From: an uncultured virus (IMG/VR IMGVR_UViG_3300025529_000005) | Lineage: Duplodnaviria > Heunggongvirae > Uroviricota > Caudoviricetes | Reading direction: 5' to 3' (one strand) | Virus record (IMG/VR): IMGVR_UViG_3300025529_000005 | DNA length: 30,091 nucleotides | Part shown: positions 1-7,608 of the stretch, piece after piece | Numbering within the stretch: position 1 is the stretch's first letter | Layout: each line of letters begins with the position of its first letter | Program-made: the position numbers and the translations under genes | The notes under the pieces: generated by a model | What the model saw: only the letters and a program-made list of their open reading frames with translations | Databases searched by the model: none | Told to the model about the DNA's origin: nothing

Positions 1-963
1 CTCGTCGTCATAAATCGTTTCCCGCTTAGGTCCCCGCCTAAGCTCCCGAATCGCCGCGTCCACCGTGATTTTCGCGAGTACCAACGGGCTCGACACAAAC
101 CCGATCGGCGCCTTGACGCCGCAGCCGCCCACCGGGCAGCCGGTGAATCCGAGATTATCCTGAATATACTGGCATGTGTGCGGTTCACCGTCCTGCAGGG
201 CGTGCTCGATTTTTCGGTCCGTCTCCGCCGGCGAGTACCCGGGATACGGCCGGCTGAGCTCATGGATCAGTTCCCGCCCGCCATCCGCCCGCGCCAGATT
301 CGAGATCATGGCGTACCATTCCGGTTCGCTGAGAGTCTCCGCATTATCCCGGCAGTGTTGGCAAAACGCGCAATTGTTCAGAATCACTTCCGCCCCGGCG
401 CCGGGCTCATACTCGCGCTTCGGTTTTGGCGGCGGCGTTGGTTCGGGATCCTGTTTCTTTGTGAGCAGTTCCATCAACCACACCGGCGGATCGGCGGGCT
501 CGGCGTCCTCGGGCGGAATTACCCATTCATACCGCCGCCCCGACGGATGGATCGACGGCGGCGCGACAATATATCCGCCGTCGCCGCGAAAATCGAGCCC
601 CGGTTTTTTCCCGGCGAAGTTCCGCCACTCTCCACCGCCGGGATGCCGAAACAGATAGTGACGACCCTTCCCCGTGTTCGTGTGCGGTGTCCGCGGGATG
701 TCGCTACCAGCGACTTGCTCAAGTGACCGCCGTCCGTCCTCACCGTCAACGTCCAGCACGACGATGCCGGATACCGCCCCTGTGGCGATGCCGATGTTTG
801 CTTCCGGCCACTTTTCCCACCAGGAGCGAATTTCGTCCTCCGTCGCCCGGCGTTCCTGATATTCCTTCCATGAAGCGATCGCCGGCTTTTTGTCGCGGCG
901 TCGGAGGGGAATCACACTCCATCCGAGCCGCGCGTATTCGAGTGCATGTTCAAGCATGTTCAC
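1..963 (-). CDS. Bifunctional DNA primase/polymerase (Prim-Pol, AEP family), C-terminus beyond window
   Basis: Absent from the ORF track because it has no stop in the window. Manual translation from GTG 963 (RBS GGAGGGG): MNMLEHALEYARLGWSVIPL..KKPAIASWKEYQ..WPEANIGIATG..GIVVLDVDG..TGKGRHYLF..GLDFRGDGGYIVAPPSIHPSGRRYEW, carrying Prim-Pol DxD, H and D motifs. Confidence 0.9.
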   Translation of the reverse strand, partial: MNMLEHALEYARLGWSVIPLRRRDKKPAIASWKEYQERRATEDEIRSWWEKWPEANIGIATGAVSGIVVLDVDGEDGRRSLEQVAGSDIPRTPHTNTGKGRHYLFRHPGGGEWRNFAGKKPGLDFRGDGGYIVAPPSIHPSGRRYEWVIPPEDAEPADPPVWLMELLTKKQDPEPTPPPKPKREYEPGAGAEVILNNCAFCQHCRDNAETLSEPEWYAMISNLARADGGRELIHELSRPYPGYSPAETDRKIEHALQDGEPHTCQYIQDNLGFTGCPVGGCGVKAPIGFVSSPLVLAKITVDAAIRELRRGPKRETIYDDE

Positions 964-1007
964 GGTATCCCCTCCGACAAGGAGTGCGGCCGTTTGACCG
1001 CCTCACT

Positions 1008-1790
1008 TTATGCAATGTCTTCATCCGTGCTGGTTCCTGCCGTCTCCTGCACGTCGTAATCCGTCACATCGATCGTGACATTCCGCAGCACAGGCTTAAT
1101 GCCGGCGACGTATGCCTTCATGTGTTCGATTTCCTCTTTGGTCAGGTCTTTCACGCGGGTAAATACACCTTCGCTGTATTCGATGCCTCCGCTATTTTTC
1201 GCCTTTTGCAGTTTGATTTTGGTCACGACGCCATAAAACTTTTTCAGTTTGGATGTGAGATTGACCATATACGCATTCCATGCTTTGACGCTGGTTGGCG
1301 GGATTGTGATAATGAGTGGCAGGATTTCACCTTCCCTTAGCAGCGCCACACGCTTCATGTTTTTGCAGGCCTTGCCGTTCGTCTTGTTTCCGTTTTGATC
1401 CACGGCCGTGCCCCACTGGTTGAACGGACAGGTTGCACACTCCTGGCATCCTCCGGCCCACGGCACGTTCGCACCTTCCGGGGCAAAACCGATTTTGCCG
1501 TCCATCGACGTGCAATCCGGCGCGTTTCTCTCGCCATCGAAGCGTCTGGACCAGTAGGCGTTCGCGGAATGCTGATCCACCACGACGCCGACCAATTCCT
1601 TAGCTACGTCCGCTTCGTCCTCGCCAGGAATTTCAAAAGCGAGATTGCCGCCGCTGGGGAATTTTACTCGCGGAAAATCCGGCGTAATGCCGTCCAGATT
1701 TTCCATCATATATTCTTGGACTTCATTCGGCTGGGTCAAGATAGGAAGATTGATCGAAGGATTTACGATTGCAGGGAGATTGTTGCTCAT
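1008..1790 (-). CDS. Phage replication protein, probable ssDNA-binding protein with Cys cluster
   Basis: RBS AAAGGAG before ATG 1790; CxxCxxCP..W...GKACKN motif; acidic C-terminal tail (DYDVQETAGTSTDEDIA); lies between helicase and primase. Confidence 0.6.
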   Translation of the reverse strand: MSNNLPAIVNPSINLPILTQPNEVQEYMMENLDGITPDFPRVKFPSGGNLAFEIPGEDEADVAKELVGVVVDQHSANAYWSRRFDGERNAPDCTSMDGKIGFAPEGANVPWAGGCQECATCPFNQWGTAVDQNGNKTNGKACKNMKRVALLREGEILPLIITIPPTSVKAWNAYMVNLTSKLKKFYGVVTKIKLQKAKNSGGIEYSEGVFTRVKDLTKEEIEHMKAYVAGIKPVLRNVTIDVTDYDVQETAGTSTDEDIA

Positions 1791-1818
1791 GGTTTGATTC
1801 GCTCCTTTGTGGTATTTT

Positions 1819-2244
1819 TTATCCGCGTCCTCTGCGGACAGCAATTTTTTGTTTTTGGTACACATTGAGCAGTTGCGCGAATTCTTCCGGCAATTCGCCG
1901 TTTTCGTCCAGCTCTTTATACAGTGACGTGAGAGACTGCGCGTTCACTTGCTCCTTAACCAAGTCACCGTAGCCGTTTTCCTTGAGCCACGCGAACGCCT
2001 CTTCTTTGCATTCGGCCCTGATGCTGGCGTAAGTTTTGACTTCCGGACGGAACGTGCGGCCGGCATAAGTGAATTTTTCCAAGTCTTCCGAGATCATCAG
2101 TTCAAAAAGCTGGCGCTCGGTTTCCTCTTCGAGCTTGTTGAGCTCCTTTTCTCGTTCCGAGAGCGCTTCTTTTTCGTCCCGGATCGTGACGAGCCGGTTG
2201 GCCAACTCGACGATCGGATTTTGCTGTTGCACTGTTGCTTCCAT
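1819..2244 (-). CDS. Conserved phage replication-module protein (coiled-coil N-terminus)
   Basis: RBS AAAGGA before ATG 2244; AFAWLKENGYGDLVK..VNAQSL motif typical of proteins next to phage SSB/helicase genes. Confidence 0.7.
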   Translation of the reverse strand: MEATVQQQNPIVELANRLVTIRDEKEALSEREKELNKLEEETERQLFELMISEDLEKFTYAGRTFRPEVKTYASIRAECKEEAFAWLKENGYGDLVKEQVNAQSLTSLYKELDENGELPEEFAQLLNVYQKQKIAVRRGRG

Positions 2245-2249
2245 GTGAA

Positions 2250-3947
2250 TCATCCTTTCATGAATTCTCGCCATCGGTCCACGACCAGATCGGCAACATT
2301 CTTCTTTTCCCGCAGCGCATCGTATATGTGCTCATCGACAGTACCTTGTGCAAGCAGATAGATATAGGTTACCGGGTACTTTTGCCCGATCCGGTGAATG
2401 CGCGCCTTCGCTTGCTCGTGATTCGCCAGGCTGAAATCCATGCTGTAAAAGATCGCCGTATCCGCCGCAGTCAAGGTGATTCCCAGCCCAGCCGTCTGAA
2501 TCTGCGCAACAAACACTTTCACTTCCGGATTGGTCTGAAAATCCTGCACGGCTTGGCCACGGTCGGCCTGCTTTACGTCGCCCGTAATCACACGGTACCC
2601 GATACCGCGCTTTTCCAGCAGTTTGCCAATCTCTTTGATTTCCGGAATGAACCGGGCAAAGACGACCACTTTCTTGCCGGCGTCTAACAGATCGGTCAGC
2701 AGTTCATCAAATACTTTCAATTTCTCGCTCCCGACCCGATGCACAAAGCCATTTTCGTCGGTGACAAAACCTCCGGTCACCTGGGAAAGCCGCAATAGTT
2801 TGGTCAACACATTCGCCGCCGTGACCGTGCCGCCGGACAGCTCTGCGATTGCTTCTTTTCGCAGTTCGTTGTAGACGTGGCGGGCGTCTTTCTCCAGTTC
2901 GATATAATGCGGTTGCGTGATTTCTTTCGGCAGATCCAGGGCTTCCGCTTTCGTCACTCGAAACGCGATGCTGTGTGCCTTTTTCACCAGTTCGTCGAGT
3001 CGCTGGTATCCGACGATCTTTTTCGGTCCTTGCATCGGACGGCTTTTGTCCAGCGGCACCATTTGCGCGTAACGCGCGCGGAATGCCGTGAAACTCCCGC
3101 CGAAAATCTCTGGTTGCAGAAACTTGTACTGGCTGTAGAAGTCGAGCGGACTTTGCGTGACCGGCGTTCCCGTCAAAATCATCCGGTATGCCGCCAGCTG
3201 CCCGATCCGGTGCAAGCACTTGGACTGTGTTGCCCCTGGCGTTTTGATCCGCTGACTCTCGTCGCAGATGATCATTCCACCGCGGATCCATGCGGCCAGT
3301 TCCTTCTCTACTCGCCATGTGGACTCATAGTTGATCACGGCCACTTGCAGTTTGTCGCCGGGCGGAGGCCACTTTTTCAGCGTCTCCGCCTTTTCTTTGC
3401 TCGACCCTTGCAGGGCAATGACTTCCGTCGGAAAAGCGGCAAACTGTTTAAATTCTTTCGGCCAGACTGTAACAACGGAGGTCGGCGCCACGACCAGCAC
3501 ACGACGCAAACCGTCGTACTTGTATCGGTGTCCCGCGATGGCGATAGCCGTCAAAGTCTTGCCGCAACCCTGCTCCATAAGTGCAGCGAAATTGGGCAGC
3601 GTGATGCCGATCGCAAAAGCACGCTTTTGATGTTCGAATGGTTTGGCCAGGATCGGCATCTCTACATCCGGAACGTTATCACTGTTTTTAATCCGCTGCG
3701 CTTCTTGTTCCCGTTCCTCGATGCGCTGTACTGCCCGCACTGCTTCCGCATCGATGGAAACGGTCGGAAACAAACGACGGATATCCTTGACCACTTCCGG
3801 TCGGACCGGATACGTCCAGGCTTTTTCTGCGCTGTCCCATTTGTAACCGGGAATGTTTTTCGCAAGCTCCCGATCTTCATAGGGACAACGCAGAATGAGA
3901 CGTTGATCTTTGATGCTGACTTTCGGAATATGCAATGCGGTAGACAT
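2250..3947 (-). CDS. SNF2-family (SF2) helicase/ATPase
   Basis: Q motif (PFEHQ), Walker A-like MEQGCGKT, DESQ, LTGTP, motif V TAGLGITLT, motif VI QAKARIHRIGQ. Confidence 0.95.
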   Translation of the reverse strand: MSTALHIPKVSIKDQRLILRCPYEDRELAKNIPGYKWDSAEKAWTYPVRPEVVKDIRRLFPTVSIDAEAVRAVQRIEEREQEAQRIKNSDNVPDVEMPILAKPFEHQKRAFAIGITLPNFAALMEQGCGKTLTAIAIAGHRYKYDGLRRVLVVAPTSVVTVWPKEFKQFAAFPTEVIALQGSSKEKAETLKKWPPPGDKLQVAVINYESTWRVEKELAAWIRGGMIICDESQRIKTPGATQSKCLHRIGQLAAYRMILTGTPVTQSPLDFYSQYKFLQPEIFGGSFTAFRARYAQMVPLDKSRPMQGPKKIVGYQRLDELVKKAHSIAFRVTKAEALDLPKEITQPHYIELEKDARHVYNELRKEAIAELSGGTVTAANVLTKLLRLSQVTGGFVTDENGFVHRVGSEKLKVFDELLTDLLDAGKKVVVFARFIPEIKEIGKLLEKRGIGYRVITGDVKQADRGQAVQDFQTNPEVKVFVAQIQTAGLGITLTAADTAIFYSMDFSLANHEQAKARIHRIGQKYPVTYIYLLAQGTVDEHIYDALREKKNVADLVVDRWREFMKG

Positions 3948-3948
3948 C

Positions 3949-4155
3949 TCAATCCTCCATCCCCGCTACGACTATCCGCGCACCCATGAAGCGCATGAAG
4001 CACACGAAGTCACAGAAGTATTCGCCGCCGCTTTCAACAGCATCATCACCAAGGAAAATTGAGGCGCCGCACGCTTCGCACTTCGCTACGATCGCCGCCG
4101 GCTTCTCCTGCGGATCGGGGAGGCCGACGGCAAAACGATCCAAAGATGGAGCCAT
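3949..4155 (-). CDS. Small Zn-binding phage protein
   Basis: RBS GGAGG; CEACG...FCDFVC cysteine pairs. Confidence 0.75.
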   Translation of the reverse strand: MAPSLDRFAVGLPDPQEKPAAIVAKCEACGASIFLGDDAVESGGEYFCDFVCFMRFMGARIVVAGMED

Positions 4156-4168
4156 CTTCACATCCTCC

Positions 4169-4197
4169 TTGCTCCATCCTACCAACCGTGGTAGAAT
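4169..4197 (+). promoter_or_regulatory. SigA-type promoter antisense to the early operon
   Basis: TTGCTC-17 nt-TAGAAT with extended -10 TG. Confidence 0.65.
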
Positions 4198-4203
4198 GTC
4201 TGT

Positions 4204-4253
4204 GATAGGTTGATTTCGCTTAGGTCGCCCTCAGCAGGCGGCTTTTCTTTTTT
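4204..4253 (+). ncRNA. Putative ~50-nt antisense sRNA ending at an intrinsic terminator
   Basis: Promoter at 4169-4197, then hairpin GTCGCC-CTCAGCA-GGCGGC (4224-4242) and T-rich tract 4243-4253. Confidence 0.5.
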
Positions 4254-4347
4254 GCCAGCGTCGCCTGTTCTGCTCGCTGACGTGTGACAGCAGAGCCATG
4301 CGTTCGGCGCTGGTCAACATTCGCCAGACTCTCACGCGGATGAACAT
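4231..4347 (-). CDS. 38-aa basic micropeptide (paralog of 4858-4959)
   Basis: RBS GAGGAG; MFIRVRVWRMLTSAERMALLSHVSEQNRRRWQKRKAAC. Confidence 0.6.
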   Translation of the reverse strand: MFIRVRVWRMLTSAERMALLSHVSEQNRRRWQKRKAAC

Positions 4348-4353
4348 GCTCGA

Positions 4354-4509
4354 TCACTCCTCGTGGTATTCCCGCAACCGCATAAGCCAGAGTTCCGCCG
4401 TCTCCATGTGCGTGATCGCGATACTCTTTTCACGGCAGTTTTCCAGCTCGCGGACGGCTTCCAGGGCGTCGTCGAGTTTTTGCAGTGCGGCTTGTATTTT
4501 CTCTTGCAC
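4354..4509 (-). CDS. 51-aa helical-hairpin protein, Tad1/Acb2-like motif
   Basis: RBS AAAGGAGGTG before GTG 4509; CREKSIAITHMETAELWL motif. Confidence 0.7.
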   Translation of the reverse strand: MQEKIQAALQKLDDALEAVRELENCREKSIAITHMETAELWLMRLREYHEE

Positions 4510-4526
4510 GGTTTGGTCACCTCCTT

Positions 4527-4706
4527 TCAAGCAGATTTTCCGAATGTCAATTCCCAGCTGCCGTTCTCGACCATCTCCAACCAACGCTCGAACGTGATGC
4601 CGTATTTCTCACGCAACCGTAACCTTGCAAATACTCGTCCGAGTCGATCCACCCGGTCGTCGGGGTGCGCGTAGCCATCAGATTCGTAGCAAGGTCTGGG
4701 CATCAT
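4527..4706 (-). CDS. 59-aa hypothetical protein
   Basis: MMPRPCYESDGYAHPDDRVDRLGRVFARLRLREKYGITFERWLEMVENGSWELTFGKSA; ATGA overlap with the upstream stop. Confidence 0.6.
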   Translation of the reverse strand: MMPRPCYESDGYAHPDDRVDRLGRVFARLRLREKYGITFERWLEMVENGSWELTFGKSA

Positions 4707-4855
4707 GCGCGCTCACTTGCCATTTCCAGCTTTTGCTCGTAACTGATCAGCGCGTCTGCGATCGTCCGCGTCGCAAACCACTCTCGCGCTTCTTTCGTGA
4801 TGAGCTTGGCGCGCCGATCCGCGTCACAGACCTCGCCGATCCAAAAGACTTCCAT
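4703..4855 (-). CDS. 50-aa hypothetical protein
   Basis: RBS GGAGG before ATG 4855; tiles the operon. Confidence 0.6.
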   Translation of the reverse strand: MEVFWIGEVCDADRRAKLITKEAREWFATRTIADALISYEQKLEMASERA

Positions 4856-4857
4856 GC

Positions 4858-4959
4858 TTACCGCCTCCATCTTCTCTTGTTTTGCTCGCTGGCAAACTCC
4901 AACATCGCCAGCCGCTTGCTGTCCGTCAGCGCCATCCAGACTCTGCCTGTCACTTTCAC
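4858..4959 (-). CDS. 33-aa basic micropeptide (paralog of 4231-4347)
   Basis: RBS GGGAGGTG; GTGA overlap; MKVTGRVWMALTDSKRLAMLEFASEQNKRRWRR. Confidence 0.6.
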   Translation of the reverse strand: MKVTGRVWMALTDSKRLAMLEFASEQNKRRWRR

Positions 4960-5120
4960 GTGTCGTCACCTCCCTTCGCCTTCATCAACTCTGCCTCCAG
5001 CCGCTTCTCCGCCGCGCACAGCTGATATATCGCGATGTCGATGTGATCGGGATCCGCCTGCTCAAACTGCTGCTGGGCGACCTGCCAGGCTTGCAGGGCC
5101 GCTTGGTACTCCTTACTCAA
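4956..5120 (-). CDS. YaaL/DUF2508-like protein (54 aa)
   Basis: RBS GAGGTG, TTG start; MSKEYQAALQAWQVAQQQFEQADPDHIDIAIYQLCAAEKRLEAELMKAK matches the W..A...F...DPD.ID.AIY.L.AAE pattern. Confidence 0.65.
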   Translation of the reverse strand: MSKEYQAALQAWQVAQQQFEQADPDHIDIAIYQLCAAEKRLEAELMKAKGGDDT

Positions 5121-5126
5121 CGTCTA

Positions 5127-5237
5127 TCACCTCACAATCAGATAAATGAGTCCTATCACGGCCCCTACTACCGCATAGATCAGCAGTGAGACCAGGCAGC
5201 CCCTAAACACCCCTACACCGTCATAGTCATCGTGCAT
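5127..5237 (-). CDS. 36-aa single-pass membrane peptide
   Basis: RBS GGAGGGAGG; MHDDYDGVGVFRGCLVSLLIYAVVGAVIGLIYLIVR. Confidence 0.6.
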   Translation of the reverse strand: MHDDYDGVGVFRGCLVSLLIYAVVGAVIGLIYLIVR

Positions 5238-5542
5238 AGCTCTGCCTCCCTCCTCCATCGCGACTTGTAGCCCCTCAGCGTTGATGGCCTGATGCCGTAC
5301 AGCTCCGCGATCTCCAGATCGCTGTAACCGGCAGCGCGTCTCTCATCGTAAAGCTCCGCGCTGATCAACTCGCGGCCAGATGCGCGTGTCTGATGCGCAC
5401 GCTCTCGGTGTGCCGCCATATCGGGATCCGACGGCCAGACCACGACCGGCACATCACGGATCTCGTGCGGCTCGCCCAGATCAGCGCCGGGCGTGTAGGC
5501 TGCGAGCTGCGCAGGCGATAGGCGCCAGATTTTCATGAGCAT
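5213..5542 (-). CDS. Hypothetical protein with C-terminal HTH
   Basis: RBS AGGAGGTGG; GYSDLEIAELYGIRPSTLRGYKSRW. Confidence 0.7.
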   Translation of the reverse strand: MLMKIWRLSPAQLAAYTPGADLGEPHEIRDVPVVVWPSDPDMAAHRERAHQTRASGRELISAELYDERRAAGYSDLEIAELYGIRPSTLRGYKSRWRREAELCTMTMTV

Positions 5543-5736
5543 GTTAGACCACCTCCTACATAGATAAGCTCTGTTACTAACCGGCCATCCACCCGCTTCA
5601 CCTCGCGCCGGTATCCGTCAAGCGGCGGAATCGGTGCCGCCGACCAGGCACCGGCACGATTAAGCAGTTCAGATAAACCGTGAGGGACAGGAACGGTGTG
5701 GCCGTCGATTGACATAGCAGTTATAGTGATTTGCAT
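5533..5736 (-). CDS. Hypothetical protein
   Basis: RBS GAGGAGG before ATG 5736. Confidence 0.6.
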   Translation of the reverse strand: MQITITAMSIDGHTVPVPHGLSELLNRAGAWSAAPIPPLDGYRREVKRVDGRLVTELIYVGGGLTCS

Positions 5737-5948
5737 GTTGATTGAGCCTCCTCGATGGACTCTTTCAAGTCCCACAAATCTTGAATGGTTACATCGATAT
5801 AAAAATCCAAAAATTCCTCTCGGCTAACGATAGTGTCAATGCCGTTTATCTTTATTACATAAGGCCTTTTGTAATCTTGAGCCATTTTCAAAACGCCCGC
5901 GATGTCGTCGATCTTTGTCGTAACCTCAATCTTATTCAAACCTTGCAC
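5721..5948 (-). CDS. Hypothetical protein
   Basis: Fills the gap after the antirepressor; AT-richer than neighbours. Confidence 0.55.
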   Translation of the reverse strand: MQGLNKIEVTTKIDDIAGVLKMAQDYKRPYVIKINGIDTIVSREEFLDFYIDVTIQDLWDLKESIEEAQSTCKSL

Positions 5949-5952
5949 CTCC

Positions 5953-6570
5953 TCACTGCGCGTATTTTTGATAGATCGCGTCGCTCACTTTGACCGGTAG
6001 ACCGAAACGATCCACAACGCCCATCAGCTCAACCGTGTCGTCCAGGATCGGCTCACGGTCAACAAGCATTTCCGGTGTCATCTCGCCTTTCTTGAGCATT
6101 TTCGGGTAGCCAAAACGGGTTGACACTGCTTTGTTGGCGATGGCATTCGCTTTGATAAAATCTACCCGCGCCGGTTTCCGAAGCGATTGACGCAGTCTCT
6201 CCATCGCTGCCCTTTGGTGTTCTTTGTCGAGCATCCGGAAGATTTGGAAGCCTTCGAGGCCGGACGCTTGACGGAGTGTGCGAATGACGCCATACACCCA
6301 TTTTTGGAATTGAACTGCTTCTTTTCGTCTCGATCTCATGATCACAGCGTAGATTCCAATCTCCGAAACAATCGCCACTTCCTGCTTCCCGCCCGGGGTG
6401 TCCACAATGTGGACATCCTTCTGATCGCCGTCGAGCACACGGAGCATATGCGGCGTGTGCCGATAACCGAGTGCAGTTGCGACATCAGCTGCAACGGCCC
6501 ACCAGTCGCCGGCCTCTTTCTCCACGAATCGGATCTCGTGTCCGTTCCAGTTTTCGGTTTTGATGTTCAC
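5953..6570 (-). CDS. BRO-N domain phage antirepressor
   Basis: GTG 6570 with RBS AGAGGTG; EIRFVE..WWAVAADVATALGY..TPGGKQEVAIVSEIGIYAVIMRSRRKEAVQFQKWV. Confidence 0.9.
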   Translation of the reverse strand: MNIKTENWNGHEIRFVEKEAGDWWAVAADVATALGYRHTPHMLRVLDGDQKDVHIVDTPGGKQEVAIVSEIGIYAVIMRSRRKEAVQFQKWVYGVIRTLRQASGLEGFQIFRMLDKEHQRAAMERLRQSLRKPARVDFIKANAIANKAVSTRFGYPKMLKKGEMTPEMLVDREPILDDTVELMGVVDRFGLPVKVSDAIYQKYAQ

Positions 6571-6608
6571 GTTGTCACCTCTCTTCCCCATCCTAATCTT
6601 GAGCATGT

Positions 6609-6625
6609 TTTTACTTTAAGTAAAA
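6609..6625. promoter_or_regulatory. Repressor operator (perfect palindrome)
   Basis: TTTTACTT-T-AAGTAAAA, same consensus as the operators in the cro-cI intergenic region. Confidence 0.7.
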
Positions 6626-6829
6626 CTATGCCGACGAAGGAACCTTAATCACATCAATGTCGACATCGTACAACTTTGCGAGAGCATAAATAACAAGCTC
6701 TTTCGGTTTGGCAATTCCGCTCTCCCACTTCATAACGGTTTGCCGCGAAACGCCGAGTTTATCGGCTACATCTTGTTGAGTCATGCCGGCATTGATCCTT
6801 AATGCTTCGAGCGACAACTGCGCAGGCAT
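6626..6829 (-). CDS. Cro-like XRE HTH regulator
   Basis: LRINAGMTQQDVADKLGVSRQTVMKWESG; divergent from cI; start 6829 (RBS AAGGTGG) or 6853. Confidence 0.9.
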   Translation of the reverse strand: MPAQLSLEALRINAGMTQQDVADKLGVSRQTVMKWESGIAKPKELVIYALAKLYDVDIDVIKVPSSA

Positions 6830-6866
6830 TTTTTTTCTCACCACCTTCGTCATGTGCTGTACCAAT

Positions 6867-6945
6867 AATATATTTCACTTAAAGTTAAATGTCAACACCA
6901 AAAGTAAATTTCATATGTTTACAAATTTAACTTTTAGTATATAAT
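6867..6945. promoter_or_regulatory. Divergent lysis/lysogeny switch promoters with operators
   Basis: Minus: TTGACA(6895-6890)-17-TATATT(6872-6867). Plus: TTTACA(6918)-16-TATAAT(6940). Operators TTTCACTT-A-AAGTTAAA (6873-6889) and TTTAACTT-T-TAGTATAT (6926-6942). Confidence 0.8.
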
Positions 6946-6967
6946 ATAAACATTGGAGGGGATAGCG

Positions 6968-7597
6968 TTGAAAAATAAAAGTGCGCGTGAGATTTTAGCC
7001 GAAAATCTTCAAAGGCTAATCGATAGTCGGAAGATTGATCAAAGGGTATTGGCTGAGCATCTAGGCGTCAGTGACTCGGCGGTGTCACAATGGTTAAGTG
7101 GCGATAAGTACCCTCGTATTGATAAAATTCAAAAAATGGCCGACTTTTTCAATGTACCGAAATCAAGAATAACCGAAGAGCAACCAACCAATCTTATTCC
7201 AGCGGGACCCAGAACCGTACCAATTCCTGTTTTAGGAACCGTCGCTTGCGGTGAACCGATCCTAGCTGAACAAAATATTATTGAATATGTGTATGAATCT
7301 CCAGAACGACTACCAGCCGGTAATCTTTTTTACCTTCGAGCCAAAGGCACAAGCATGGAACCTACCATACCTGATGGCTCACTTGTTTTGATACGGCAGC
7401 AACCGAATGTAGAGTCAGGTGCGATCGCTGCTGTAATAGTAAATGACGACACGGAAGCGACACTAAAGCGCATAAAAAAGCAGGGTGATATGATTATCCT
7501 CATGCCGGATAACCCCGAGCACGAGCCGATTGTTATTACACCGGACAGCCCTGCTCGCATTATTGGCCGAGCGGTCCAGGTAACTCAAATACTGTAA
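6968..7597 (+). CDS. CI/LexA-like repressor (HTH + S24 autopeptidase)
   Basis: RBS GGAGGGG, TTG 6968; N-terminal HTH; cleavage site VACG; catalytic GTSM and ATLKR. Confidence 0.95.
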   Translation: MKNKSAREILAENLQRLIDSRKIDQRVLAEHLGVSDSAVSQWLSGDKYPRIDKIQKMADFFNVPKSRITEEQPTNLIPAGPRTVPIPVLGTVACGEPILAEQNIIEYVYESPERLPAGNLFYLRAKGTSMEPTIPDGSLVLIRQQPNVESGAIAAVIVNDDTEATLKRIKKQGDMIILMPDNPEHEPIVITPDSPARIIGRAVQVTQIL

Positions 7598-7608
7598 AGG
7601 AGGTATAG

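Noticed and set aside
176..1340. Plus-strand ORFs 176-658, 178-726, 687-1340 and minus ORF 519-749
   Set aside because: Shadows of the Prim-Pol and SSB-like genes; no RBS or recognisable motifs
2877..3989. 370-aa plus-strand ORF
   Set aside because: Antisense shadow of the SNF2 helicase, explained by codon bias
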